Source of the DNA: a virus
Lineage: Duplodnaviria > Caudoviricetes
Virus record (IMG/VR): IMGVR_UViG_3300025114_000011
Span: 1-37,418 of that record
Length of the DNA stretch: 37,418 bases
Direction: 5' to 3' (one strand)
Every line of letters starts with the position of its first letter. Positions within the stretch are counted from its first letter, which is position 1. The position numbers and the translations under genes are program-made. Shown here piece after piece: positions 36,835-37,418 of the stretch. Below the pieces are notes generated by a model. That model did no database searches. It saw only the letters and a list, made by a program, of their open reading frames with translations, and was not told where the DNA came from.

Positions 36835-37132
36835 TGTAGCTACCTATTTTGGATTGGAGCCTGGCGCACCTTGGCACAGAGTGGAGAAGGCTGTTTTTAA
36901 GGGCACTGATTGTGGTGCCTGGATTAAGTTTGAGTTTGCCGCTAAAGAAAATGGTGGTAGCTTCTTGCTAGTCGGCTCGATTGTTGAGGGTAGTCACGTG
37001 GACTGTCAAACTATACGACTCAAGCTGCCCACCACAGGAGAAGAACTTGGGAACGCTCTCGATGCAGTGGAAGAAGAAGCGGCTCAGATATGGAACGAAT
37101 GGAACAAAGAGGAAGAAGCAACATGGAGGTAA
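36812..37132 (+). CDS. Hypothetical phage protein
   Basis: GAGGAG RBS; KGTDCGAW...VGSIVEGS motif. Confidence 0.7.
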   Translation: MEINSAADVATYFGLEPGAPWHRVEKAVFKGTDCGAWIKFEFAAKENGGSFLLVGSIVEGSHVDCQTIRLKLPTTGEELGNALDAVEEEAAQIWNEWNKEEEATWR

Positions 37133-37284
37133 CACTATACCTACCGCATAGCATGCAAGGGGCTAGCCACGGAGGAGCTGGCTAGCCTTTACGGGCTGGC
37201 CTCACAGCCTAAGGACCGAGCGGAGGGCGCAGGCCTCGTAGCCTAAGGACCAAGCGAGCGCAGCGAGAGGCCAGAGAGCTCAGT

Positions 37285-37313
37285 AAAAAGCCCCCGTGTT
37301 TCCACGGGAGCTT
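37285..37313 (-). terminator. Intrinsic terminator (GAAA loop)
   Basis: Minus strand AAGCTCCCGTG-GAAA-CACGGGGGCTTTTT. Confidence 0.7.
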
Positions 37314-37377
37314 CATTCGAGAGAGGACGGAACCACCCGCCCTTACTTCTTAGGTCACCAGGACGAGTTCAACTGAC

Positions 37378-37406
37378 AAAAAAAGAGACACCCTTTCGGG
37401 TGCCTC
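37378..37406 (-). terminator. Intrinsic terminator (GAAA loop)
   Basis: Minus strand GAGGCACCC-GAAA-GGGTGTCTC-TTTTTTT. Confidence 0.75.
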
Positions 37407-37418
37407 CATCTCCAGCAG

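Noticed and set aside
37285-37380. Hammerhead or HDV-like ribozyme
   Set aside because: No CUGANGA core and no nested pseudoknot pairing could be built by eye
1-37418. Stop-codon recoding, tRNA genes or integrase
   Set aside because: Genes tile densely under code 11 using all three stops; no cloverleaf or recombinase motif was recognised

Overview
The window is a large part of a tailed dsDNA bacteriophage genome (podovirus-like architecture; host not determinable). Terminase, portal, major capsid and integrase are not seen. 1-24.0 kb (+) is a tightly coupled late region: two paralogous capsid cement-like genes, head-tail adaptor, nozzle-like protein, three tail proteins, putative ejected internal virion proteins (up to ~1870 aa), fibre-like paralogues, holin-like proteins and an M15 peptidase endolysin. 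24.0-35.0 kb holds recombination, replication and DNA-modification genes: YqaJ exonuclease with a putative annealing protein, XRE HTH, RusA, VapE primase-helicase, a TGT/DpdA-like gene with queC and queD, an SF2 helicase and a Mom-like GNAT. 35.0-35.75 kb is a repeat-rich non-coding control region (possible origin or terminus), followed by small early genes. Top unexplained signals: (i) an ~80-nt candidate sRNA at ~31.0 kb with its own promoter and terminator, whose unpaired core is complementary to the leaders/RBS of several early genes; (ii) a perfect 46-bp inverted repeat, in frame in the 3' ends of two unrelated genes, bracketing ~11.35 kb; (iii) a deazaguanine cassette with no queE/folE, alongside a Mom-like gene and a 31-aa C5-methyltransferase remnant. 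All family calls come from motif recognition by eye, not database searches.
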